Under the pieces are notes generated by a model. It was not told the DNA's origin, ran no database searches, and saw only the letters and a list, made by a program, of their open reading frames with translations. Below, piece after piece: positions 23,201-36,200 of a DNA stretch of 64,000 nucleotides. The DNA is taken from assembly GCA_000708835.1 (NCBI GenBank), contig DF237392.1, positions 12,876-76,875 on the forward strand, read 5' to 3'. How positions within the stretch are numbered: position 1 is the first letter of the stretch; each line of letters opens with the position of its first letter. Made by a program: the position numbers and the translations under genes. Source of the DNA: Klebsormidium nitens (lineage: Eukaryota; Plantae; Klebsormidiophyceae).

Positions 23201-26200
23201 ACAGGCAGAAAAGAAAGCTAGAAACCCTAGCCCTTTAGTTGCTCACCTGGTGACGATGGCGTGCTCTCCCGCCATCTCTAACCCCACGACCACCATTAAC
23301 CCCCTAAAGGAGCGGTATAATCCCAATACTTACTTTAAAACATCCGACACGCTGATCTCTTTAGGGGTCTTGTAACCCAAATCCGAAAACTCAAAACCCA
23401 AACCCAACAACCAAATCCCAAAACCCTGAGGTTAAGTTGCTCACCTGGTGACGATAGCGCGTTCTCCCGCCATCTCGCGCGCGCCGACTGCGAGCACTGT
23501 TGTGGTGACAACTGGCATGCCGATCGGGACCACCGAGACGAAGATGACGAAAGCGGTGACGACAGCATAGCCGGGGGACGCGTCCTGGGCGACCATGAGG
23601 ACGACAGCAATTGCGACGACCGCGAAAAAGGAGACCACTGCCAGGGCGATGGAGACCTGGTTCAGGACCTGCGAAGAAGACAAAGTATTCACTTGTGTCC
23701 CTAATTGATAGCTTACACTTTATATGCTCGGCGTCGGATTGCCCCATAATAGAGGAGATCGTACACCGAGAGAGATGCAGTTTACTTTTGGTTTATGTCT
23801 CCGTTCGACCGCATACTCTTTACGTAGTTGCTCGGCGCTGGAATACCCCCCAGGAGAAAAGATTCTACACACAGAAAGACTTAACTTATTGCTTTACGCT
23901 GGAGTGCCCAAAAGGAGAGAAGAATAACGCCAAGAGATAGGACCCACGGGACTGCATCACTTGAGAATATTGGGCGCTGGAAGAACACTCGAGAAGCAAG
24001 CGACTTTAAAAGGCGGAATTCCTGCAGTGCCAAACTACTTACTGTTTGCAGATGTCCCCTTTCCTCCGGCGCTCCCAAGAGGGCGATCGTCTTTCCGAAG
24101 AACGAGTCGGCGCCCGTAGCGGTGACTCGAGCGTCCAGCTCGCCTTGCGTCACAGTCGCACCCGCCAAAATCTGCGAGGTCAACAAACTTTTCTTTTCCA
24201 GATCCTATTTTGATAAACTCTAACTTCTTGATGAGGTTTCTGAGCAACTTTACGGCTTGAACGTGTTGTCCTAGCTGAACAACAATCGTTCTGAAACATT
24301 TTCGATACTAAACACGAGCTGTTTCATATGAAGGAAGGAGAATCAAGAGAACTTGTACCAGGCTTCACGAGGCTGAGAACAAACCGAGATTCATTGGGAG
24401 CACAGCGAGAAAGTTAATTGCTCAAACGACTCGAGCAGGGAGTGCTTGGACCCCAGTTACTCGGCTGAGAACGTCCAGTGAATATGGCCAGTTTACAAGG
24501 TCCAAAATCGAAGTGGAAGGCCTGAGAAGTGCCACCGAGCAATGGTGATCCCGGTCCTGGTCGCTAACTGAGATTCTCGCTTGTTTTCGTTTCATCAGAG
24601 CTTGCACGTTGTGAAGTCGGTTCAACTAGCTGCAGCTTTCGACCTTTCCATTCGGCAGGAGCCCAAGAGCCTAGGGAAAGAGCTTGTGCAAAGATCAGAG
24701 ACGCTAGCCGTGTCAATGCGAGGGCCCTTGAGAAGAGAATTTGCACACGTCTGCACGAGGTCACAGTCACTGCAGGGACCTCACGACTCATACGCCTAGT
24801 CCGCAGGCCGTACTGATGTCCCAGATTGTGCTATGAGGAAGCACAAATCCTCGTTCGAGCCTCTCTGGGCCGTTGCATCGTCAAACCTGGTTGTTTTCAA
24901 TGCTAAGTGATGGGTTCAGCATTGCAGACGCAAAGGCATCGCGTATGTGAGGCATAATTGCACATCTTGAGCGACTGGTCTGGTCTGGCAAGACTTCGGT
25001 CAGGATTGAAGCGCCTCTTTCCCATGGAAGAGCCGAGACGAAGTCGAGCAGATGTGCGGGTGACGCTCACCTGATGTCCAGGTTTTCGTGAGGCTGGGAG
25101 GGACTCCCCAGTGAGACTGGACTCGTCGACCAGCAACGGCTCTCCTTCGCCCACCAACTGCAGTCCACGGAAGTGCGGGATTGGAAGGAAAATGCAGAAA
25201 ACGAACAGGGTATGTTGGTTAGATTGTCTGCGATTATTGCGGTTAATTACTGTCTTGACAGTCTTGAAAGCTTCGTGACAGGCAATGTGGCGATTGTTTG
25301 GAAACGAAGGAATGTTGTAAGAAGCCGAAAAGCGATTGTCATCGAAAATCATTCGATCTATGTTTGGTTCAGAGACGTTATGATCCTCGTTCGCTGGGAA
25401 TCCTAGAGGTTGATTGATTATTGCACGGTTGTTTCTGACCGGTATGTTTTTTCTGTAAGTTGTGAAGGACGGCCCAATGACTACTAGAGTCTATTGTCAC
25501 GAATTTCTCCAGCTTTCGAATTTAGAAAATGGTCTCTAATCATGCACGCACCTGTGCATCAGCAGGAATGACATCACCCCCTTTGAGCGCAATGATGTCG
25601 CCGGGGAGGAGCTCCCGAGCAGGCACCTGCTGCCACTTGCCGTCTCGCTTCGCTTGGGCCATTGGCACAGTGAGGGCCTGCAAATGATTTCCGGGGGGGT
25701 GTGAGAGCCATCTTTGAAAGAATTTATCGCACAACATTTTAGGGGCGGTGGCAGCCACCTTTTGAGTGAATGAATTCGGAAAACTTTGGGGGCTGCGAGA
25801 TTCATCTTTGGGGCAGTGAAGTCGTAACCTTATGGTGGCAATGTGGAGCATCTTGGAGAGCAACAACTCAAGACTTTTTCAGGTGGTGTGTGAGAGCCAC
25901 CCTTGAGAGAACGATCCAGAAAGATTCAAGGAGGGTGAGAGCCACCTTGAGAAAATGGACTCACAACATCTTGGGGAAAATGAGAGTCATCCTTGAGCAA
26001 AGCGATTCAGCGTGCTTCATGCACTACATGCATCTCTAAAAGCTTGCATACCAAAGGTCGTGAAATCTAGGTTAGCGATGGAGCAGGAAAGGTGTGTTGT
26101 GGCCCCAGAAGCAGGCAAAAGGAGGCCTGACTGGCTATGAATGCTGTGACTCTCTGAATCAAAGATGAGCTAGGCTGAGGAAGGTGCGCATGCAAGACTC

Positions 26201-27966
26201 ATGACACCCTACAAGAAAAGTCAATGCGCTGCAGAAATAGATCGAAGGACAGGAAAAAAAGTCGATGTATGTGCGCTGACCGGCAAATCTGACCTGGTCA
26301 CAACAAGCAAACGCTTCTTTTTGAGATGATGCGATCCCTCTCTCTAATATTTGAAATCTAGGTTCCCTGCATTCCCTTCTGAACCCTTCTCCTTCACCAA
26401 GTATGCATTCCCTGTTGTCTCTGATACCTTTTCTGTATTTTCTCGTGTGTATTAATTTCTCACCTCTAGTTCCTTGACTGCATTTCCTGCATTCCTCTCC
26501 GAGTAATACCCCACCCACACGATCAGGTTGAGCTCCACGATGAGAAGCGCAAAGCTGGTCCATCCTCTGCCCCCTTGAACTTCCACAGTCGCACTGATGA
26601 TAGCCGCAATCAGAATGATGATCGACACCCAGTCCAGGTAGCGCCACAGGATCTTCTTCCACTCCGGGGTCTGGTTTGTCTTAACCTCGTTGAAACCATG
26701 CTGGGCTCGGAGGGATTCGACCTCGTGGCTGCTCAGCCCGTTCAACGCCTGGGAAAACAGGATGGAACTGGTTTGGTTACATTGACCTTGTTCAAACCGT
26801 ACTCCGTTCAAAAGACCCTGACCTTGTGCTGAGCAAGCTCAGCTTGGAAAAGAAGTAAGGTTAGAGCTCATTCTCTTGTGAGCGATGAAAGTTGGGGATG
26901 TGGGTTGCAATAGATCCATCTGTACCTAAGGGGACAGAGAAGCAGGACCACAACGGAGCCCCCCTGATCGGTGCCATTCCACCTCAATGCATCTTTATTA
27001 GGAGCTCAAAAAACCCTGTCATGATTGAGCGGCTCTGGTTTACCGGCAAACTATTTTAGATGAGAATCACAGAGCCTGTAAGCAGCAAGAAGTGCATGCA
27101 TAGATTATCAAAAAGAGAGCACTCCGGTGAAAGGCTGCCATCAGGAAACTGTTTCCAAACTTTGCAAGCTTCTCAACAGAGTTGATCCTCAGGACTTCAA
27201 TCCAATCAGAGCTGCCGCTTCAATGCCAAACTGTCAATGTGGCTGCCTTTAGGCTATGGAGCGCGGTTTAGAAGCCACTCAGCTCATTAGCTAGTAAGTG
27301 TCTTCTCAGAACAAGGATGTGGACACTTTTTCACATGCGAATGCTGGCGATGGAGTTTTTCTGCTCTCTCTGATTGTTTGAAATGCAGCCAGTGCCTGCT
27401 TTTTGACAGTCCTGAACTCACTCTACCAGACGCGTGGATGAGCTTCAGTCCATAATGACGTCACGGTCTGACGAAACGCGGTTGGTAGGTGTGCAGCCAA
27501 GAAGATCTCTTCAAGATTTCAGATCACAGCTAGTCGACTTACATTATCAAAGAGGGCACATCTACCTCTTGAAGGATCATCAGGGACTGACATCACGCCC
27601 TCTCAACCCAACAAAAAAGCTCAGCAAAAGGCTGGGAATGGTGCAAGGGCGTCGCTTTCTGAGCATAGCATTGTGCAGGCCACACAAATGCGGTGGCCTT
27701 TGAGACAGACAGAAAGCAGAGGAAAAGCTCATTCAGTGTATCGGACCCCTTTGATTGCAGAGACAAAGCTTAGCTCAGCTACTCGGTAATTGGGGCTGCA
27801 GCATTTGATCTGATGGCAGTGTCGACATACACGAGCAGCATGTGCAATTGTATAACCTTTTACCTATCAAATTTCAGATACCACACAAAGATCATAGTGG
27901 TCATGCACAACGCAAACATGAGGAGACACCGGTCGCACTTACCTCATCAGGGTTTTGGTCAGCCAT
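14205..27966 (-). CDS. Plasma-membrane H+-ATPase (P-type, subfamily IIIA), about 16 exons; first exon (MADQNPDE, 27966-27943) tentative
   Basis: Exons encode [62 protein letters not shown] (phosphorylation site, about 22770), [93 protein letters not shown]. The last exon is 14579-14205, ending [10 protein letters not shown]. Confidence 0.93.
15050..15320 (-). repeat. Two decayed copies of the ATPase exon-15 3' end plus donor site
   Basis: The real junction CTACCGAGCCCCTCGCTTGCATTTGCGCGCACGCTG|GTAAGC at about 15426 is echoed at about 15320-15245 (ends GTGAGC) and about 15145-15080 (ends GTAAGC). Confidence 0.8.
16945..17200. repeat. Intronic tandem repeat, about three units of about 100 bp
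   Basis: CCTAAGGG(C)GAATGTCGGAAAGCCTTTC...CCATTTTTCCC-like units at about 16950, 17050 and 17150. Confidence 0.6.
19370..19630 (-). repeat. Two decayed copies of the ATPase exon-11 acceptor and 5' exon, separated by a (GGGTTT)-type hexamer tract
   Basis: The real exon starts CAG|GTGGATGACGTCGACGG at 19287. Copies start CAG|GTTGATGACGTCGAAGG at 19442 and CAG|GTTGACAACGTCGAG at 19624. Eight GGG runs with 6-bp period lie at 19459-19503. Confidence 0.85.
20200..20500 (-). repeat. Decayed copies of the ATPase exon-10 acceptor and 5' exon
   Basis: CAG|GTGAAAATGGTGAC occurs at 20165 (real), 20317 and 20432. The 20317 copy has an extra base giving TGA after [11 protein letters not shown]. Confidence 0.85.
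22819..22930 (-). repeat. 97-bp-offset copy of the ATPase exon-7 acceptor, including a degenerate DKTGT motif
   Basis: CAG|GCTTTCCGCTCTG occurs at 22915 (copy) and 22818 (real). The copy reads [22 protein letters not shown] versus [22 protein letters not shown]. Confidence 0.9.
23240..23290 (-). repeat. Decayed copy of the ATPase exon-6 3' end plus donor
   Basis: Plus-strand GTTGCTCACCTGGTGACGAT(G/A)GCG occurs at about 23240 and at the real donor at about 23438. Confidence 0.8.
25695..26005. repeat. Intronic minisatellite with core TGAGAGCCACC(C)TTGAG
   Basis: Core variants recur at about 25700, 25750, 25890, 25937 and 25981. Confidence 0.6.
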
Positions 27967-30256
27967 GTCGCATCACCATGTACATCAATCTAGGATGCTT
28001 CTGAGGAGCTGCAGCGGATCAAAGTCGCCGCAGAATGGTGAGATCAACCTTCCCCTTTCCTAAAGCGGCCTTTGATCTCAAAGACGCTCGCGCAGATCGT
28101 GCATCTGGTTCTTACAGAGCACAACAGAAGACAAGCAAGCTTTGAGTTTTGGGAAAGGCACATTGCAGACATGATCAAACCTCTGCTTCTGTGGCGGACG
28201 TGAGCGTGTTTTCTGTTGTCACAGACTGCTGTCCACGTGTCTCAGAAGGAGCGAACAATTTTACCAAGATTCCTGCCATGAGGACATCGCGGCCATTGTA
28301 GGGCGGCGTCTCGGCTCTCGGCAAACATCACTGTCAGAACAGCCATGCACAGCACTGTGCGGCACACCTAACATCATACCAACAGACTGACTCTGAGTGC
28401 TACCTTCCCTAGCTGCTGAAGGTACGTACGCAGGCGTCGCTTCTCATCATGGATGTGGTCTTAACGAAGCTAGAGGACTCCCGTGTCGCCATGGAAAGGA
28501 TACCTAGGTGTACCGCAGTGGATTCTGACAGCCTGGGTTTGATTCACCAGCGGGAACTCCCCCAAATCTGTTGATTGCCTTGCTGGCAAGCGGTGATTTG
28601 ACGCGCTGGGTGCATTCATACCCCGGTGACGGTTTCAAGCAACCTATTCGTCAACCTAGACGTCAATTTTACAATATGACGAGCTTCGACCGTACGATAA
28701 AAACTATGGACGGACGATAGAGCGCGCTGAAGGTTTCCGCGTTCCGTCGGAAATGCCGGTTCGCCTTTGCGTCAGATGGCCGAACGCTTTAACCGTAACG
28801 GCCCCGCCGGCTTCTCGGCGAGCTTTGTTGAAAGTGTGTCGCTTTGAGTGCAGGTACACAAAGTGGACCGTTTCAAGCAACAGGGCAACCTCGGAGAGAA
28901 AGCGTTGTTGGGTCAAGTTTAAAGACATCGATCGATATAAACTCAGCCACCTCGGTTTGCAGGGAGGAGGCAGGGAGCTGACCTGAGAGCTGACCACAAC
29001 GGCATTGGCGTCTGGAGTCCCTCTGCAATATGAGTCAGCAAGCAGATGGACAATCATGAATACTAACAACACTCGGTTCATTTGGTAGTCCGCCAGCATG
29101 GACTGAGGGGCAAATATTATTAAATGTGGGCTTGACCAATGATCGCGACTGCCTCATGTTGTCATGTGGAGTTATTTTCCAGTAAACCTTTGCAATGCCG
29201 ACCAGCTAGAGGCTCTGGTGAAAGCTAGTACATGTTAGAGCTGACAAGTAGGGTCTGAGCACCTGATGAGCCGAACTCGCGGCTTGAGCAAAACATGTGA
29301 AGGGCATGTGAAATGACCACTGTTGGAGGCAGCCGCCCGACGTCACAACACTAAATGAATATAATCACAAAAGTAGTTTGTTGGCCGGGCTCATGGCCTC
29401 CCGCAATCTGAGTACAACAGAGATTATATCAGGCACCATTTGCTGGCAGGCGCTGCGCACGCCACCGCCTAGGTCATTACATATGCAGCCATGAAAAGCA
29501 GCTCGTTGACATGACCAGTCCATTGTTTGGCTTCACCCAAGTACAGAAGAGGCAACTGATCAATGCTCAGCTGACGGGCTGGTCAGCTAGTGCTAAGCTG
29601 ACCAGGCTTTTGATATTGATACAGCCAGCACGACTAGCTAGAGCAGCATCTAAAGGAATACATCAAGCTGCTGATCAAGCGGTCGCTTCCCAGGCCGGGT
29701 CGCAAAACTTGAAGCGAGACTTGAACATGTACGAGGTGGCCTTGACGTTGAGCGAGGAAGGGATGCAAACAAATGCCAGATACGACACTGCTGTCTCACA
29801 GAAGCCTGGAGCTATCAGCAGACGGCGCAGCCATCCAACATGTCGAAGAGGCCACCTGCAAGTTCCTCTTCCCGAGAGTATATAACGTAGCCTCTCACAA
29901 GCCGTTCCTCTTTAGTGTCAGCCCACGTGAAAATGAACGCACCCCTAACGCACCCAGCTTCTACGATACGAATCTACTTGCCAACTGTACATTCAATACA
30001 GACCTGGTTCGAATGTTTTCTATTTTTTGGTGTCTGCTTGACCAAGTGACCTCCAGCTGTCACACGAGCTGACAGGTCTGATGGACCGGTCCAAAGCACA
30101 ATAGGAAGTTGACAAGTCCCTTCCGCCATGCCAGTTTCCTGCCCACCCATTCCGTCAACGTTCACCAAAACACACGCTAATCTTAGCACACTCCGTACAC
30201 TCAAATCTCACGAACGACTGCCCAACGACGTCGCAGCTCACGTTTCCTTTGCGCGG

Positions 30257-33200
30257 TCACTCCGATGCGGACCCTGCTTTTTTGTTCTGCTCGCTCGAAG
30301 TCGAAGCCGACGTTTTGAACGATGATGACGACTCTTCCTGTTCCGAGGTTTGGTACTTCTCCTGAATGTCCTTCAAGGCCGCTTTACAAGCGCCCGCAGT
30401 GTCGTTCCTCTGCAAAAACGTTCGACGAAATCAGGACCAACCGAGCTTTCCCGACCTAGACTATTAAGGGCTTGTTCGTGAACTGACCCTCGTAGCTTAA
30501 ATACCTGTGCATGCTGCATGGTCTGCTGCAGCGTCTTTGTGCTCCTGTGAAAGGCTGTCACCATTTACAGACGAAGGATGTCGACCCCAGACCCACAGAT
30601 CTACGGTCCAGATCCGAAGATCCAAGAAGCTGAAGCACAGAGCATGTTTTGTATCCCATGCTGTCTTTCTCCATGATATCGACAGGCTTGAGATTCTTGC
30701 CAGCTGTGCCAGCTTATGTCCTGTGGCCAGAACCAAGGTCTGAATCCGTACCTTGATCTTCTCCCTTGCCACGACCAGACCCGTCAAAAGTTCGAGTCGC
30801 GCGCTGGGGTCCCTGACAGTCCGCGTGACCGCTGCCTCGGCCTGGCTGATGAGCTCCTTCATTCGTTTCCCCCTGCACAGAATTGACGGCTTGTGTTTCC
30901 AGCCATGCGTGTCATGGAAGATTCAACCGGTAAAGGAGAGACCGGGCCAAGAAAAGCAATCTTCGAACGGAGTCGGATTCTGTACTGACAATTGCACGTC
31001 CGCACCGCCCCTTCCGTTTTTGACGCCCCTTCCTCTTGCCTGAGCCTCTGAGCGGTTTGTCTAAATGGGTGTACAAGAAAGCGGATGGGAGAACGGCTTC
31101 CCCTTCCGGACTGCATTGGAAGTTCAAACTGAGCAGAAAAGTTGGCTGGATGTTCAACAAAATCTCGCGCGACGAGCAATTTATCTTGCAAGGCTCTTTC
31201 CTTTTGGCCACTCACTGCTTGTATGTCAGGTCGATGGCCTCTTCGACTATATCCATCCAGCACTCGTCGCTCTCGCCGTCGGACGGGGCGACTTTTCGCA
31301 TCTTGGCTTTCCCCGCATCAGAGTCGGGGTTTGCATCAGGGGAGGAGCGCACTGCCCGCTTTCCGGGACGGCAGACTCCCAGATTGTACGAAGGGCCGGC
31401 TGAGGTTCGCTGAGTCGAAGGGCCCGCTTCAGTCGGCTTTGGCGGCATCTGTGGGGAACGATCGAGGACGTTTGCAAAGGTTTGTAACGGCTTAAAAGTA
31501 GCTTCGATGATCACTCCTTCCAACGGCACTAGCTTCCGGGCTTACTCCTTCTAGCGGAACAAAAATGGAACTTGCATACTGGATGAACCTCCCTAATCTG
31601 GCAAACAACCCTTCTTGAGACCGCAGCTCTTCTTGGGTGAAGAGCTAGCTCAGAATTTCGCTTGCAGGGCTGACAACGAGAGGCGTATTTGTCAGGGAAT
31701 TTAGGCGGATTCAGTCTAGGAAAGCTATTCGAGGACCGCTTCCTTTCCCAAGCAGCTTGCACAACAGCTGCGGTGAAGAAAAACGCCCTTCTGCAATTGA
31801 AGCAATGATCCGACTGCTCCCCAGTGGCAAGCAACGTATGACATTTCAACCCGACGCTAGAGCTGCAATCAGACGGTCTCACCTCGTCGCCCTTGTCCGA
31901 TTCCGTCTCCGAATCCATTGGGAAATTTGTTGCTGGGCGACGGCCAGGTGACTTGGAAGGCTCAGCCGAGCCATTGGCTTTGTTCGCCTTGGTCGCCGTG
32001 ACGCGCTCGTCTGCTGCTGCCGCTCTTTGCCCGTCCATTGCTGGAGACACCTCTCGCTTTTCCGACGGGCCTTCCTCAGACCTAGGTGGCGGGGCATTCC
32101 TCTTCGGCTGACCTTCCTTGTCAATCTTGAGCTGCAAAAGGTTTAAAACGGCTTGCTCCGTAAGTTCAGTAGAGTATTAGCGCGTCTGTCACTCTCTCAA
32201 GGGGGTCTCTCCCTTCGTTTGTCTTCTGTTTACTGTACTGCACCATGAGAAATTTGGTCAAAGACATGGCGCAAACGGTCGTGGGAATCTGCTTCTTCCT
32301 TTAGAGCCTGTCGAGCAAGCCAACGAAAATACGAAGGAAACGCACTGACCAGACGCAGATAGTATCACGCAAACGCTGGCGAGTACTTCTCAGGAGCTTC
32401 CAAGAGCATCACCAGCTAACGCACCTTGACAAACGTTTTTAGGAAGCGATCAGGAGAAGTTACACAAGCCGATCATGCGACGGTCTGCAACGCGCGAATC
32501 AACCAGTATCGCGGCAAGCAACTTCAAGATCTGCCGCTAAAGAATAGCACGGCTCTATCATGCACCTCGATCTGCTCGTCCGTCTGCTGACCCTGGCGGA
32601 ACCCCCTTTGGAGGCGCATAACCAGACGCTGCATGCAATCAGAGAAACGTGAGTTATTCTATGAAAAATTGACTTTGGACGGAACCCACTGAGTCGGCAA
32701 GACATCCAGAAAGAGATACCTCTTGAATCCAGTGCAAGTGGGAAGATCTTAGGGAATAATGCGGAGCTGCTGAACTTCAGGTTGAATCCGCTGCTGGAAT
32801 CTTGTGAACTCTAGATTGAAACATTATAGAAAACGACATAGTTTCGAAGGCCCCGGATGAAAGAGACTCGGCGTCAGACCCTTTGAACATTTCCGGGAGA
32901 GGAGCTTAATGAGCTAGCACGCACCATCGGGCCTGCATAGTCCCTTGCGGCCGCCGGCCCCTTCTCCATCTCGGCCGGCAGCCGCAGGATAAACCGCGCC
33001 GTGATCAGGTCCCCGTAGATCAGTTCCTGCAACTCGCTCGCCGGCTTGCGACCCGAGCAGTGCGGATACTCCGGGTTGGGAACAATCGCCATCACCGTCT
33101 TGCCGTCCAAAATCCTCGCCACGACCCTCACGTGGCCCCTCTGGCTGTGGACCTCCCCGACGAACGGGCAGAGGTTCGCTTCGATCAGAAGCTTTGGGCC

Positions 33201-36200
33201 CGCCCCTAGTTGCACGAGCTCCTTCCGGCCGAGGTACGAGCGCTCTTCCGGCGTCAGGGCGCGCTTCCGCAGGCTCTCGGTGATCGCGCTGCGGATCTCG
33301 TCCACGTATTTGTCCTTCGGCTGGCCCTTCTTCGACGGCGCTATGCGGTTCTCGTGGTCGAGCATGTAGCTAAGAAACAAAAGGTTAAAAGGTCAGTGCG
33401 GACTGAATGTATTACTGGCGCAAGCAAAACCTTTGCTTCGTTGCAGACTGGTTTGAACGGTTGTAAAAATATAGGACCACCTCCCGTGGTCGCTGGGAAG
33501 AGGGGCGACAAAGGGTTCAAGTTGATGCGGTCTTGCCTCACAGCGATGATGTCAGCGCAAGATGAAGCTTAACGTCATCGCAGAGACGACTGAACGATCC
33601 CGGGAAGATCCGGAGTAGAGCGCCATGGAAGCTGAACGGTCCTGATTCCAAAATCGAAAATGGTTATACGGGCCTGGGCAGAGCGACATGAACGGACAAA
33701 ACAGCAGATGAAGTCGTAAGGTTCAGAAGGGCTTGATGCCCATTGTATGTCAATTTTAGCTTTGCAATCTCTTTATCGAAAGCATCTACGAGTTGGTCGA
33801 AACACCCGCCCCTGCGCAGCCATTATAAGTGACTCACTACTTCCGTCAGAGGATGACTTTTTATGCACTTTGAAGGCGGGGTAAGGAAGGTTTAAAGGAA
33901 TTTTCAAGCTTCAAGGAACGACTGTCACTCTCGCCGTTTTGAGGAGTCCAAAAACCGGATTGAAAGCAGATTTGAGCAGTCACGTTTTTGTGGTACGTCC
34001 AGGCTGCTAACTGGTATACAGTCAACCTGAGCGAGTCAGGAAAATGTTCCCCCTTACAGAGGGATTAATTGTGCGGCGAAGGTTACCGAAGTAGGCGCAA
34101 AACGAGGTTTCTGCCCTGAACCGGCAGCTCACCTCTCAAACTCGTCGAGGTTGAGTGGGTTCCGCGTGTTGGCGAATAGCACTTTGACGGGAAGGAAGAC
34201 GACCCGATTCGCCACCCTGATGAGCTTCATCACGTCCTCGAGGCTCTGGCCCTTGGGCACGTACTCTTTGGCGATGCTCGCGAGGAGCTCCCTCCGCGCC
34301 GTTTCGACCGCCTCGGGGTCCAGCAAGTCCACCTCGCCCAGTGGAAAATCTCGGTCGACCGCGCTGAACCCCCCAAGCCTGGCACAAGAATTCAGGAGGA
34401 ATTTTGTTAGCTTGGGCAGTAAGCTTAGCACACGTGTGCGTCTGCTGATGTCTGCAAACACGCAGTAGTCCGGCAGCCTTGTAAGGTCTGAAATACCGTG
34501 GAGCACTGCGTGGGACCTCTCAAAACTCGAATTCATTCGACTGAGCTCCGCACCTCGCTTGTACTTTTGAGAGAAAGCGCAGCCATTCTTGAAGGGCGCA
34601 AGAATGACCGACAATCTGGTATCCTTGGTCACATTTGGAATGCCCCATGAATGCTGCTTTAAGCTCACATGAGTACTAGTCTTGGGCCTGACTCTAATCC
34701 AAAAATGGCCCTCAGACATTGGATTGCGGAAACGTGGCGATACAACAGCCGGAGCAATGATTACGTAGCCGGCTCAAAATGGAAATTGATCACCAATTCA
34801 AGAGAATTTCGCAAGCTCACTTGCCGACCATCTCCGATCGGAACTGACGGACGAGGATCCCGTCCTTGCAGACGGCCGTGTGGCCGGCGAACACGCCCTC
34901 GTTGATGTCCCGCCGGGAGACCTTCAGCTTCTGGCTGTGCTTCATCACCAGCGCGGCGAGCTCGTGCTTGAACTGCTCGTTGTGGATGATGTCCTGGTCC
35001 ACCGGCGCGCCGCGCGCGGCCGCGATGCGCTGCCAAACCCGCCTGTGAAAGATCTTATTAGTTTTTGAACTTCAAACCGTTGGTTCTCAGCCGGCACGGA
35101 GCGCGCGGCCACAAAGCACTAGCTTTATTGCTTTAGACGAGATTCCAGATTAAATCTTAGAGAAAATGAACCCCGAATCGAGTCTGCGGCAATGGGCTTG
35201 CGCTTGAAATGATCCACCGGCGCCCATAAGCGGCCGCGATAAGCTGCCATAACCGCTTGTAAGAAACGGAAACTTAGCAGAACAGAAAGAGCCAGCTGTT
35301 CGAGTCGCATGCGCTGCCGCGCGCCGCGCACGCCCTCCTGTACGACAAGCGTTAGCTCTCTCGAGCATTTTCGCCTCGAAAACGGATATTTACTGCTCAA
35401 GATCGGGCAAGTGTCGCGTTTGCGCGTGCTGTTGACAGGCCCGAGAAACGGAATTTTGGAAGTATAACTCAGTCTTCCAGGATTGAACACGATAGGAAAC
35501 TGCCGACCTGCTACAACAGATCCTGCTTTCTGAGCTCCCCAGCTCAGACGGTTCAGAGATTAAGCAGCTAGCATGACAGCGTGATCCTCCTTTGCAGTCG
35601 CTATGGGATTCAAATCCTACATCATCCTTGACAAGCTCGGACGCCTTGGAGACCACGAGTGCCTTGGACACTTTCCCGGTTGGAATACACAGTCCATTTA
35701 TCATTCTGAAGACATGAATATCACCAAGAAAAAGAAAAGAAAAAAGTGGAAACCTGGACTCTCAGCAATGCCTAGGAGCACTCTTCGTAGTACGAATGTA
35801 TCTTACTTGTAAAGCGTTTGACACGCCTGGAGAAGGACATGTACCGACTCGGGCAGGTACAGCTTCGGCAGGCGCTTGATCCCGGGCCCGTACTGGGTCG
35901 TGCAGATGCGCCCCAGCCTCTGCAGCAGCATCTCCGCGTTGGAAGCCTCGTGCTTCATGCTGATGTAGAAGTACGCGTGCGTCAGGTGAGCGCAGTGGTA
36001 GATCGTCTTGTAGGCGTTTGCGCGGTTTGCTTTCGTGCCAGCAACGGTCCTGCGGAGCAGAAACCAGGTTGTAAGGATTCCTGGAACAGACATGATGAAT
36101 CGAAAAGGAAGAATATAAAGATTGGGTGCGGCGGCTCCAGACATACATAAGGAGACCTACAAATGCGGAACTGGGTTACGGTATTGAGAATTATAAGGGT

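Noticed and set aside
28503-28560. Possible tRNA-derived SINE head (A-box-like and B-box-like words)
   Set aside because: Both boxes are degenerate, and there is no tail or TSD and no second copy in the window.
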